Source: a virus
Taxonomy: Duplodnaviria > Caudoviricetes
Reading direction: 5' to 3' (one strand)
Virus record (IMG/VR): IMGVR_UViG_3300030372_000635
Span: 1-56,980 of that record
Length of the DNA stretch: 56,980 nt
The notes beneath the pieces are model-generated. The model was not told the DNA's origin, searched no databases, and saw only the letters and a program-made list of their open reading frames with translations. Positions 28,551-37,131 of this stretch are shown here, piece after piece (the stretch's first letter is position 1; the number at the start of each line of letters is the position of its first letter). Made by a program: the position numbers and the translations under genes.

Positions 28551-28913
28551 TTATGCGTCATCTATTTCTTCATATGAACAAGTAGCAGATAAATCACCTG
28601 CAGCACTTGCTTGTATTTTAAGAACATCACTTTCTGTTAAATATAAACCCATGTTCTTATCAATAACAACTAAAGTTGCATCTGCAGGAACAGAAATAGT
28701 TTTTGCTATATAGTAGTCAGCAGAAGAACGAGTAACCCATACGTCAATCGTAGCTGCATTTGTACCATCTATGTTAGCGATAACTAAACTGTTTATTTTT
28801 TGTAACTTGTTAGAACCACACGTTAACAAACTTACTGCAGAAGCTGCTACATCAGCATCAACAGCAGTGTTTGCATATATGCTACTAACAGCTACTACAT
28901 TGGGGTTTGCCAT
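28551..28913 (-). CDS. small beta-sandwich tail-fibre adaptor protein
   Basis: MANPNVV, NIDGTNAA, SVPADATL, SYEEI; follows fibre ending KAIAMAMVFG. Confidence 0.7.
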   Translation of the reverse strand: MANPNVVAVSSIYANTAVDADVAASAVSLLTCGSNKLQKINSLVIANIDGTNAATIDVWVTRSSADYYIAKTISVPADATLVVIDKNMGLYLTESDVLKIQASAAGDLSATCSYEEIDDA

Positions 28914-28928
28914 ACTTTCTCTCCTTTA

Positions 28929-31900
28929 TTATCCAAATACCATTGCCATAGCTATTGCTTTACCAGTTGTAGCTGCATTATTTAATTGTGTTTGTATGTT
29001 TGATGTAACACCATCAACATAGTTTAATTCAGCAGCAGTTGCTGTAACTAATGTACCACCTAATTTTAAACCATTAGATGTATCATGGCTTGCAATATCA
29101 AAATCATAAGCACCATCAGCAAAAGTAGTGTCACCTGTAATTGTAATGGAAGATCCGTCTGCTGTCAAGCTATCTAATGCAATATTTCCAACATTTGTGA
29201 TATTATTGTCGTTAAATGATGTCGCACCTAACGATACTGTGCCTGTTGCAGTCAAATTACTTGAGCCAACATCTATATTTCCAAACCCTGAAGTAATACT
29301 TCCTGCATTTACATCACCTACTGTTACAATAGAAGAACTACCTGCTATTGCACTATAAATAGAACCAATGTCTGTGCCACCTATTGATATAGCATCTGCA
29401 TTAAAACCTGCTTTTGCTTCAAGTTTTTTGTAAGATTGAACCTCTTCATCTACTCCATTAAATCTAAAATACTCAACAACACCATTACTATCTCTTATTT
29501 GAAATTTTTGTTGAACATCTCCTTCAAACCCATTTCCAAATGTAATCCATAAAGCATTGTTTCCTACAGCATTACTATTAGCACCATCAATTGCATTAAA
29601 AACTATATTTTGTTGAAAATCTACGTTTCCAACACTATTAGTAAAATGATCTAAATGTAATGTAGCACCTATAGTTCCATCATTAGTATTTTGTATATGT
29701 AAGCCATTATTTATATTAGTACTATTTGTTTCTATAATACCTTTACTACCATCACTATAAACTTTTAAATCACTACCTGCTCCAAATATTGCTTTATCAC
29801 TGTCTCCAAAACTTAAATCTAAATTACTGTCTAATAAAGCTACAGTACCACTACTGTTAGGTATGGTTATTGTTCTATCTGCTGTTGGGTCAGTAAAAGT
29901 TACAGTTGTTTCGTGAGCATCAGCACTAGCACCTTCTACAACAAAACTTGAATCACTAAGAGATAAACCAGATATAGTAGGACTTGTAAGTGTTTTATTG
30001 GTTAATGTTTTTGTTGTTCCTGAAAAATATGTGTCTAATAAATCAACATCACGATAACCAATATTGTTACCACTATCAAACACCAAAACTCCATCACTAC
30101 TAGCAATAGCTGTACTTGAGTCTAAACTTATTTCAGAAAAATCAGCTACAGCATTAAGTTCTGAACCTGTTGCTGTAAGACCAGTAACATTATTAGCCTG
30201 TCCTGCTACTGTAGTGACATAGGCTTTAATAGATTGTTGTGTAGCAAGTTTAGTTGCACTGTCACTGCTAAAGTCATCTTCATCTGCAATGTCTGTAATA
30301 GTAACAGAACCATCTGTAAGACTACCAAAAGTTATTGTACCTGAAGTTGTAATAGCACTTGAGCCATTATTAATAGCACCAAAACCTGTTGCAATACTAC
30401 CACTATTTAATGCTCCTGTAGTTACTAGGTTTGGCATAGCAGTTATTTCATCATCAAAGTAGGCTGCTAGATCTGTAACAGCTACCTGCTTCATTGTACC
30501 TGCATCATTAAGAACAACTCTGTCAGCATCAACTATAGTTGTAGAAGTAGCACTAGTATCACCATCTAGTATACTTATTTCAGCAGGTGTGGCTGTTACT
30601 GCTGTATCACTATCTGCAGCTAATACTACAAGAGTTCCTGACTGATTAGGTAACTTGATTGTTCTATCTGCATCAGGATCAGTAATTGTTAAAGTTGTTT
30701 CATTAGCATCTGCTGTTGCACCCTCAAATACAATAGCATTTTGAGCATTCATAGTAACAGTATCTACAACTGTTTGTGTTCCTGTAACAGTAAGATTGCC
30801 TGTTACTGTAAGGTTATCACCTATTGTTACCTCTGAAGTACCATGACCTATTGTAATAGCTGTACCTGATACACCTGTACCTATAGATATAGACTCACTA
30901 CTGTTACCTGTATCAACAATTAAGTAAGCATCAGATCCTTGTTTAATAGTAAAAGAAGTAGCAGAGTTATCTGTAATAGCTACATTAATATCTGTACCAT
31001 CTGCACTAATAGAGTCAAGAGCTATATCACCTACGTTAGTAATATTAGCATCACCAAAAGATGTAGCATCTAGAGTAGTTGTTCCTGTTACAGTTAAGTT
31101 ATCTGCTATTGTAACTTCTGAAGTTGTGTGACCTATTGTTACAGCTATACCACTTGTCTCTGTAGCAAGCTTTAATGTACCTGTAGCATTAGTAATAAAA
31201 GAGTCAGTACCATCATGGAACAACTGCATATCACTACCTGCACCAAACTTAAACTTATCACTATCAGGTACAATTAAGTCACCATTACTATCTACTGTAA
31301 CAGCTTTAGAAGCTTGTGATGTACCTAATGTAGTTATATCAACATAGTTTAATTCTGCAGCAGAAGAGGTTACACCATCTAATATATTTAACTCTGCAGT
31401 TGTTGATGTTACTCCATCCATTATGTTAAGCTCTGCAGTTGTAGCAGTAACACCATCCATAATGTTTAACTCTGTTGCTGTGGCTGTAACTCCATCAAGT
31501 ATATTTATTTCAGCAGAAGTAGCTGTAACAGCAACACCTGCTATTGTTAAAGATCCAGATACATCTAAATTACCATTTACATCTATTGTTGTAGCATTTA
31601 TTTCTATTTCTGTGTCACTAACAAGATCAAGCACACCATCAGCAGATTGATGAATATATGTTCCTGTATCCCCAAAGTTAAGTCTTTCAGTACTATTTAT
31701 TAAAATGTCATCATTAAATTGAAAGTAGTCTTCATCTTCCATCCACAATAATTGACCATCATTATCTTGACCATCAAAGTTAACAGTAATATCTGTACCT
31801 GCAGTACCATCACCTATCGTAATAGTTGTTCCTAACAGTTTAGTTATAGGACCACCTTCTGCAGATGTACCATCATGTGAGTGTCCAGTTGAAGATGCAA

Positions 31901-32003
31901 AAGCATTTACAACAGCGTTAAGTTCAGCATTTAATGGTGCTGATTTAACGACCTCATCAGCTTGAATATCTGAGGTATTTGTTCTTGTGTAACCTGTACC
32001 CAT
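28929..32003 (-). CDS. main tail fibre protein
   Basis: N-terminal anchor GYTR...N.E.N...GHSHDGT.AEG.PI; TATAAELNILDGV repeats; C-terminal ATTGKAIAMAMVFG. Confidence 0.85.
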   Translation of the reverse strand: MGTGYTRTNTSDIQADEVVKSAPLNAELNAVVNAFASSTGHSHDGTSAEGGPITKLLGTTITIGDGTAGTDITVNFDGQDNDGQLLWMEDEDYFQFNDDILINSTERLNFGDTGTYIHQSADGVLDLVSDTEIEINATTIDVNGNLDVSGSLTIAGVAVTATSAEINILDGVTATATELNIMDGVTATTAELNIMDGVTSTTAELNILDGVTSSAAELNYVDITTLGTSQASKAVTVDSNGDLIVPDSDKFKFGAGSDMQLFHDGTDSFITNATGTLKLATETSGIAVTIGHTTSEVTIADNLTVTGTTTLDATSFGDANITNVGDIALDSISADGTDINVAITDNSATSFTIKQGSDAYLIVDTGNSSESISIGTGVSGTAITIGHGTSEVTIGDNLTVTGNLTVTGTQTVVDTVTMNAQNAIVFEGATADANETTLTITDPDADRTIKLPNQSGTLVVLAADSDTAVTATPAEISILDGDTSATSTTIVDADRVVLNDAGTMKQVAVTDLAAYFDDEITAMPNLVTTGALNSGSIATGFGAINNGSSAITTSGTITFGSLTDGSVTITDIADEDDFSSDSATKLATQQSIKAYVTTVAGQANNVTGLTATGSELNAVADFSEISLDSSTAIASSDGVLVFDSGNNIGYRDVDLLDTYFSGTTKTLTNKTLTSPTISGLSLSDSSFVVEGASADAHETTVTFTDPTADRTITIPNSSGTVALLDSNLDLSFGDSDKAIFGAGSDLKVYSDGSKGIIETNSTNINNGLHIQNTNDGTIGATLHLDHFTNSVGNVDFQQNIVFNAIDGANSNAVGNNALWITFGNGFEGDVQQKFQIRDSNGVVEYFRFNGVDEEVQSYKKLEAKAGFNADAISIGGTDIGSIYSAIAGSSSIVTVGDVNAGSITSGFGNIDVGSSNLTATGTVSLGATSFNDNNITNVGNIALDSLTADGSSITITGDTTFADGAYDFDIASHDTSNGLKLGGTLVTATAAELNYVDGVTSNIQTQLNNAATTGKAIAMAMVFG
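31340..31530 (-). repeat. tandem 42-nt (14-aa) coding repeats T(A/S)xxxE(L/I)N(I/Y)xDGV in the fibre
   Basis: TATSAEINILDGV TATATELNIMDGV TATTAELNIMDGV TSTTAELNILDGV TSSAAELNYVD. Confidence 0.85.
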
Positions 32004-33538
32004 TACCTTATATCTCCTAATCCATAAGTAATTGTGAATCCCTGTATACTGTGACTAGCATTTGTATCTTCTGCAACAAAACGAAAAGAGATAGATTTAC
32101 CTGATCCTGTAAATGTTGCTGTCTCTACTGGAGAGGGATTACCATCATAAACTTGTGTTGTATCAAATATTGCTGAACCATACACAGCTGCTGTACCAGT
32201 AGCACTAAATGTTACGTTAGCAGGGTTAAGAACATCTGTATCTTCAAAGTCGTACACTATACCTAATGAAACAGATATTGCACCCTCTGCACGTAAATAC
32301 GTAGACATATCATAAAATATTTTTCTTTGTCTTGGATCTTGAAAATATAAGTAAGGTGTCTGATAAATACTTAATACATCAGATCCTGCAAAAGATGTTC
32401 CTGATTCTTGTGCATAAACTTTACCTGTAGAGTCACCATGTATAATTGTTTCTGTTGTTCCTATATATCCACTATCTGCACAAGTAACAGAAAAACCAAA
32501 CAATGTTGCAAACTCAAAACCAAAACCACCTTGAGGGTTTTCTCTAAGTGCTCCTAGTATTCCTACAGAACTAGTGCTATCAAACATATATCTAAACTGT
32601 GACTTTGACCTAATTAATACAGAAGATAGACCTGTAAGTGTTTCTGTATTAATAGTATTCTGTACTGTCTTATGTATCTTTTTAGACACAGTTTCTAAAT
32701 TTACGTCACCAATTTTTGCTGTACCACCAATAGGTCTAATACCATCTGGTGCTAAAAATAGTAAGTCACCACCTATTTCTATTACACTGTCTGTAGCTAA
32801 ACAACCTAAATTATTTGTAACATTCTCTAATACAAAGTCTGTTCTATTATTACCAACAAGTCTTTTAATATTATTAGTGCCAAAGATGTAAAGAATATTA
32901 CGAAAAACTTTTATAGCTACAATATCAAAACCTACATTAATATTACCTGCACCATTTGCAGGAGTAAAGTCAGTTTCAGCTAGTGGAGCACTAAAAAATA
33001 ACTCATCTTTCTTTGCAGGATCACCTGCTAAAAATAAATGATTCTGATAAACTTCTGATATTACAGGATCAGTAGGAGCATTAGAATCTGTTATTTGAAC
33101 GTAGCTACTACCATCATAAGTAGCTGCAGGATTAATACCATCTGTAAGTACAATTTTAGGTGATCCAAAATTAATTCTGGTAAACCTAACTTTAGTTACA
33201 CCATTCATTGTTGGTGAACCTGCACTAGTAACAGCAGCCCAAGCAGAACCTGTCCAATAGTGTAAATAGTTACTTCCTGAAGATGGCTTTCTCGCAGCTA
33301 GTATACCATTATGTATTCCATCTGCTACACATACACCTAATACAGAACCTGTTCCAGTAACTGTACCATAAGTATTTGTAAAACCACTTATTCTTCTATA
33401 ACCACCCTGTAGGTCAGGTTCATAGTTTAATAGCTTTGTAGCACTACCCGGAAAGTCTTGACCTTGAGATAAAACATCTCCTGTTGTATTTAAGCCACCC
33501 CTAGATATAACTTTAAAGGTTTGTAAATTATCTGCCAT
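32003..33538 (-). CDS. tail nozzle / tubular protein B
   Basis: GGLN, NYEP..GGYRRISG, GGDLLFLAPDGIR; follows adaptor. Confidence 0.75.
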   Translation of the reverse strand: MADNLQTFKVISRGGLNTTGDVLSQGQDFPGSATKLLNYEPDLQGGYRRISGFTNTYGTVTGTGSVLGVCVADGIHNGILAARKPSSGSNYLHYWTGSAWAAVTSAGSPTMNGVTKVRFTRINFGSPKIVLTDGINPAATYDGSSYVQITDSNAPTDPVISEVYQNHLFLAGDPAKKDELFFSAPLAETDFTPANGAGNINVGFDIVAIKVFRNILYIFGTNNIKRLVGNNRTDFVLENVTNNLGCLATDSVIEIGGDLLFLAPDGIRPIGGTAKIGDVNLETVSKKIHKTVQNTINTETLTGLSSVLIRSKSQFRYMFDSTSSVGILGALRENPQGGFGFEFATLFGFSVTCADSGYIGTTETIIHGDSTGKVYAQESGTSFAGSDVLSIYQTPYLYFQDPRQRKIFYDMSTYLRAEGAISVSLGIVYDFEDTDVLNPANVTFSATGTAAVYGSAIFDTTQVYDGNPSPVETATFTGSGKSISFRFVAEDTNASHSIQGFTITYGLGDIR

Positions 33539-34302
33539 TATGAACCAAGACTCAACATATGTGAAGAAAATTTAGGTCTTTGTATCATTGTAGATTCTAC
33601 AGAAAGTTTATCATCAAGTAATAGTCTACGCATAGCTTTCATACCCATCATAAACTTTTGTTGATGTATTTGAGCACTTTGTTCATTTGATCTAAATCTC
33701 ATCATATAAACCATAGCACCATCAATAATAATATAATTAAATCTTTCAGGAATAATAGGAATATCATGTGTACTGTCTGTACCATTTGTTGCAGCTTCAG
33801 TAGATGCATTGATACCTAATGTATTAGGAAACTTATAGTACACATATTCTACTACGTAAGCTGCATTAGGAATAGGTGTAACTCCAAACTTTTCTTCTGC
33901 TGTTTGATAAACTAAATCAGGTGCAGTTCTACCACCTGTTCCTGCAGCATCTTCTATTGTTCTATAGTTTCTAGTATAACTTTCAAAAGATATTGTAGGT
34001 AAAGATTTAGCTGTATTAGATTCAGAAGTAAGTGTCTTTAAATAAAAACTATCCCAATCCACTGAAGACATATCTGAAGGAAAATCGTATGTTCCTGTAC
34101 CTGCCGTTAGTGTTTGGGATTGTGTAGTCTTTAGAAATGGAAACTCATGCCCATCTTGAAGTATCTCTCTTATAGCACTGTTAATAGCATCTTTTGCTAT
34201 CGCCTGAACATTCTTAGCTGTAGCAAATGTATCTGTTGTTAGAGTAACTTCATTGAGCCTACGTAACAATTCATTTGTTAAAGTTAAAAATGTTGTTGCC
34301 AT
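33538..34302 (-). CDS. head-tail adaptor / tubular protein A
   Basis: TFLTLTNELLRRLNE, P.P..AY, P.IPERF...IIDGA. Confidence 0.8.
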   Translation of the reverse strand: MATTFLTLTNELLRRLNEVTLTTDTFATAKNVQAIAKDAINSAIREILQDGHEFPFLKTTQSQTLTAGTGTYDFPSDMSSVDWDSFYLKTLTSESNTAKSLPTISFESYTRNYRTIEDAAGTGGRTAPDLVYQTAEEKFGVTPIPNAAYVVEYVYYKFPNTLGINASTEAATNGTDSTHDIPIIPERFNYIIIDGAMVYMMRFRSNEQSAQIHQQKFMMGMKAMRRLLLDDKLSVESTMIQRPKFSSHMLSLGS

Positions 34303-34321
34303 AGTACATCCTTGTTTTAGA

Positions 34322-34351
34322 TAAACTAAGAGGGCAAGTTGCCCTGCCCTC
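34322..34351 (-). terminator. intrinsic terminator after capsid genes
   Basis: On - strand GAGGGCAGG-GCAA-CTTGCCCTC then TTAGTTT. Confidence 0.75.
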
Positions 34352-34364
34352 CCAATGTTATTTA

Positions 34365-34895
34365 TTAAGCAAGTAGATCTCTATCTACTTCAGTAGCTCT
34401 GTCTACAGCACCATGATCGTTACAATCAATCACAGTTGCGTAAACTCTAAGTCTACCTGTAGCTGCAGCTGCTCCTGCAATCGTACAATCAATTGTATCA
34501 GTTGTTCCAATAAATTGAGTGTAAGTTGAAGCTGCTGAACCTACGACTGTGTTGGTCTGACCATTTGAACCTGCAGCACAGTAACCTGCAGAGGTTATGT
34601 CTGCACCATCAATGATGTCATCACCACCACCAAAGTCCATGTCTAATGTACAGCTTGAAGTAAAAGCCTTCATTACTTCAGCACCTGCATTAAGAACAAG
34701 TGTTCCTGCAGGAATCTCAAGCATTTGAAAAACATCTCCATTAGCAATAGTATTACCTGCTGCTATAAGAGCATCTATATCTAAATACTCTTGTATGGTT
34801 CTTACTACGTGTGTACCTGACTGTGTAGGTATACCTGCAACGACATTAGCACCAACGCCAGTGGTGGATTTAGCTGTTAAATCAAAAGTAGCCAT
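34365..34895 (-). CDS. minor capsid / decoration protein
   Basis: 176 aa beta-rich, directly after major capsid with GGAGG RBS, before terminator. Confidence 0.65.
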   Translation of the reverse strand: MATFDLTAKSTTGVGANVVAGIPTQSGTHVVRTIQEYLDIDALIAAGNTIANGDVFQMLEIPAGTLVLNAGAEVMKAFTSSCTLDMDFGGGDDIIDGADITSAGYCAAGSNGQTNTVVGSAASTYTQFIGTTDTIDCTIAGAAAATGRLRVYATVIDCNDHGAVDRATEVDRDLLA

Positions 34896-34909
34896 TATTT
34901 AATCCTCCC

Positions 34910-35980
34910 TTAAGCTGCGTTATATTTAGCAGTTACGATAGCTTCTGGACGAAGTATCTTCCTACCGTATAAGTGCATACCACGAACAATGTCTGCAAAT
35001 GAGTCAGGGTCACGGTATGTTTCTGTTTTACTTAACTGCTCTGCAGTAGCAATTGCAGAACCATGACCTGCAACAAGAACACCAAAATTACTATTCTGGT
35101 TAGCAGTTCCTGTTGTTCCCGGACCAGTTCCAACAGCAGGTAAGTTACTAGATACATAAACTCTAAAACCTGCCAAGTTATTTATAACAAGACCATTCTT
35201 TAGAGAAGCATCAGCAAAATCAGCATTTACCAACTTTGAGTTCTCATCAGAAAGAAGTTCCATAAACACTGGGTCTATTACAATCCATCTATCTTGTGAA
35301 TCAACTTGCTGTTGATTTAACAACCTGTTCATTCTATTGATGATTACCATTGGAGTTACTGCAGCTGTAGAAACAGCAGTAGCACCACCCGGTTGATTTT
35401 GCACAGGAATTGAGTGATCACCTGCAGATGATGTTGTAATGTTTCCAAATGAATCTTTTCTTAACTTCATAGAAGTAAGAAGTTCATCTGAACCTGCAGT
35501 TGAAACAGCTTTAGTTCCATTTACCTGATCATTAGCTGTACTTGCAACAGTGTTTAATGAAGACTGTTTAAAACCACTTAGATAACCAAGAACTTCTTGA
35601 TCATACTGGTCAGACAATCTGTATGCAGCTCTGTCAGTTGCTAATTGCATAAAATTCACATGACTGTGAGCTTCTTCAATATCGTCCATTTTAAAAGCAT
35701 AGTAGTTTGCTTTATCAACAACGAGTTGAAAATCCTCATCATCTAAATCTTGTGCTGTTACGTTAGTACCTCTTGCGTACTCTTTTACTGAAATTTCAGG
35801 TTCTTTAATAATCCTGACTGTATCGCCCTGATTAGAAATTTCCCCAAAATAGTCAGAATTAGTTATATCTCCTACAACAGTTGACTTACGGAATGCAAGC
35901 TGTACCTGTTTGGAGTAGATTATAGGAGAAAAATTACCATTAGGTAAATTCCCATAACCTGACGTTGTTTGAAAAGCCAT
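34910..35980 (-). CDS. major capsid protein
   Basis: GNLPNGNFSPIIYSK, ITNSDYFGEI, GDTVRIIKEP, DSFADIVRGMHLYGRKILRPE; AGGAGG RBS. Confidence 0.93.
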   Translation of the reverse strand: MAFQTTSGYGNLPNGNFSPIIYSKQVQLAFRKSTVVGDITNSDYFGEISNQGDTVRIIKEPEISVKEYARGTNVTAQDLDDEDFQLVVDKANYYAFKMDDIEEAHSHVNFMQLATDRAAYRLSDQYDQEVLGYLSGFKQSSLNTVASTANDQVNGTKAVSTAGSDELLTSMKLRKDSFGNITTSSAGDHSIPVQNQPGGATAVSTAAVTPMVIINRMNRLLNQQQVDSQDRWIVIDPVFMELLSDENSKLVNADFADASLKNGLVINNLAGFRVYVSSNLPAVGTGPGTTGTANQNSNFGVLVAGHGSAIATAEQLSKTETYRDPDSFADIVRGMHLYGRKILRPEAIVTAKYNAA

Positions 35981-36182
35981 AATAAAATCCTCCTATGTTT
36001 GGCTTATTTAAAAGCTAAACGTCTTAGAAGAGGCTATATTTTCTAGAGTGCATTTAACAGTGAAATAGCGAGTCTCAAAGTTAATGGGTCTGTACTTATA
36101 TAGGTAGTCTTTTACTAGTTTAGTCTTCTTATTACTTATACACAAAGGTAGTCTATAGTAGAGGCTTTGTGTCTAAGGGTTA

Positions 36183-36210
36183 GTTATACAGATAAATTCT
36201 TTTTTGTCAA
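36183..36210 (-). promoter_or_regulatory. capsid promoter TTGACA-N16-TATAACTA
   Basis: Reverse complement gives TTGACA (36210-36205) and TATAAC (36188-36183). Confidence 0.75.
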
Positions 36211-36214
36211 GTCT

Positions 36215-37090
36215 TTATCTCGCATTTCCTGATAAATCATAGATTATTTTACCAGATCTGTGTGCTTCATTTATTTTATCAGCATTCTTTGCATATTCTG
36301 CGTCACTCATCTTAGCAATTTCAGACTCTCTTATCTTACCTGAAGACTCACTTGGATCTACTTTTGTCTTAGATCCTCGGTCTACCAACGAGGCAGCAGC
36401 TTTTGTTTTATCTTTCTTATCAGATCTCGTAAGTCCATTATCAACTTTATACAGATCAAGAACACGTACAACTGAAGCAGCATCATCCGTATTTTCATAC
36501 AAAGCGTTCTGAACCCACTTAGGCTGTTCTTCAACCCAATTATGAAATTGATCGGAATCACGTAGCTCATCAAAGTCTGAATGTGCTTTCCTAATTTCAT
36601 TCTCTGCACGACTCCTTGTTGCTTCTTCTTTTGCTTTACTTAGTTCTTCTATTTGTATATTAGCCTTATCAAACATTTGCTTTGCTCGTTTGTCAGCTAT
36701 TGTTTCTACTATACCTGCCACATCTGGATATTTCTCTACCCATGCAGATAGTTCTTCATCAGATGTAGGTGGCACTAGTTTTTTAGTTTCTCCTAGTTTG
36801 TCCTCTAGCTCCTTAATCTTGGCATTATATTCTTTTTCTTTAGCAGCTAGGTGTCTTCTCATATCGCCATAGCGAGTTTTAAAAGATTTCTCTTCATCAC
36901 TAAGTTCAACTTCTGGTTTAGCTTCTTCAGTTTTTTCTTCAACCTTTTGTTCTTCTTGAGGTTTACCTTGTTGTTCCATAAGTTGTTTTAGTTCTTCTTC
37001 TTCTTTTTTGATCTTGTCTTTATACTTAGATCTACTTCTGCTCATATATCCTGCAGTTTTTTGTGCTTCCACATTTTCTAATTCTGGCAT
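36215..37090 (-). CDS. capsid scaffolding protein
   Basis: Acidic coiled coil, FK.RYGD.RRH, HSDF, F..W...QP; upstream of capsid. Confidence 0.8.
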   Translation of the reverse strand: MPELENVEAQKTAGYMSRSRSKYKDKIKKEEEELKQLMEQQGKPQEEQKVEEKTEEAKPEVELSDEEKSFKTRYGDMRRHLAAKEKEYNAKIKELEDKLGETKKLVPPTSDEELSAWVEKYPDVAGIVETIADKRAKQMFDKANIQIEELSKAKEEATRSRAENEIRKAHSDFDELRDSDQFHNWVEEQPKWVQNALYENTDDAASVVRVLDLYKVDNGLTRSDKKDKTKAAASLVDRGSKTKVDPSESSGKIRESEIAKMSDAEYAKNADKINEAHRSGKIIYDLSGNAR

Positions 37091-37131
37091 TCCATTTCCT
37101 TTCTTGGGGTCAACATTGTTGAGTAGCCAAT

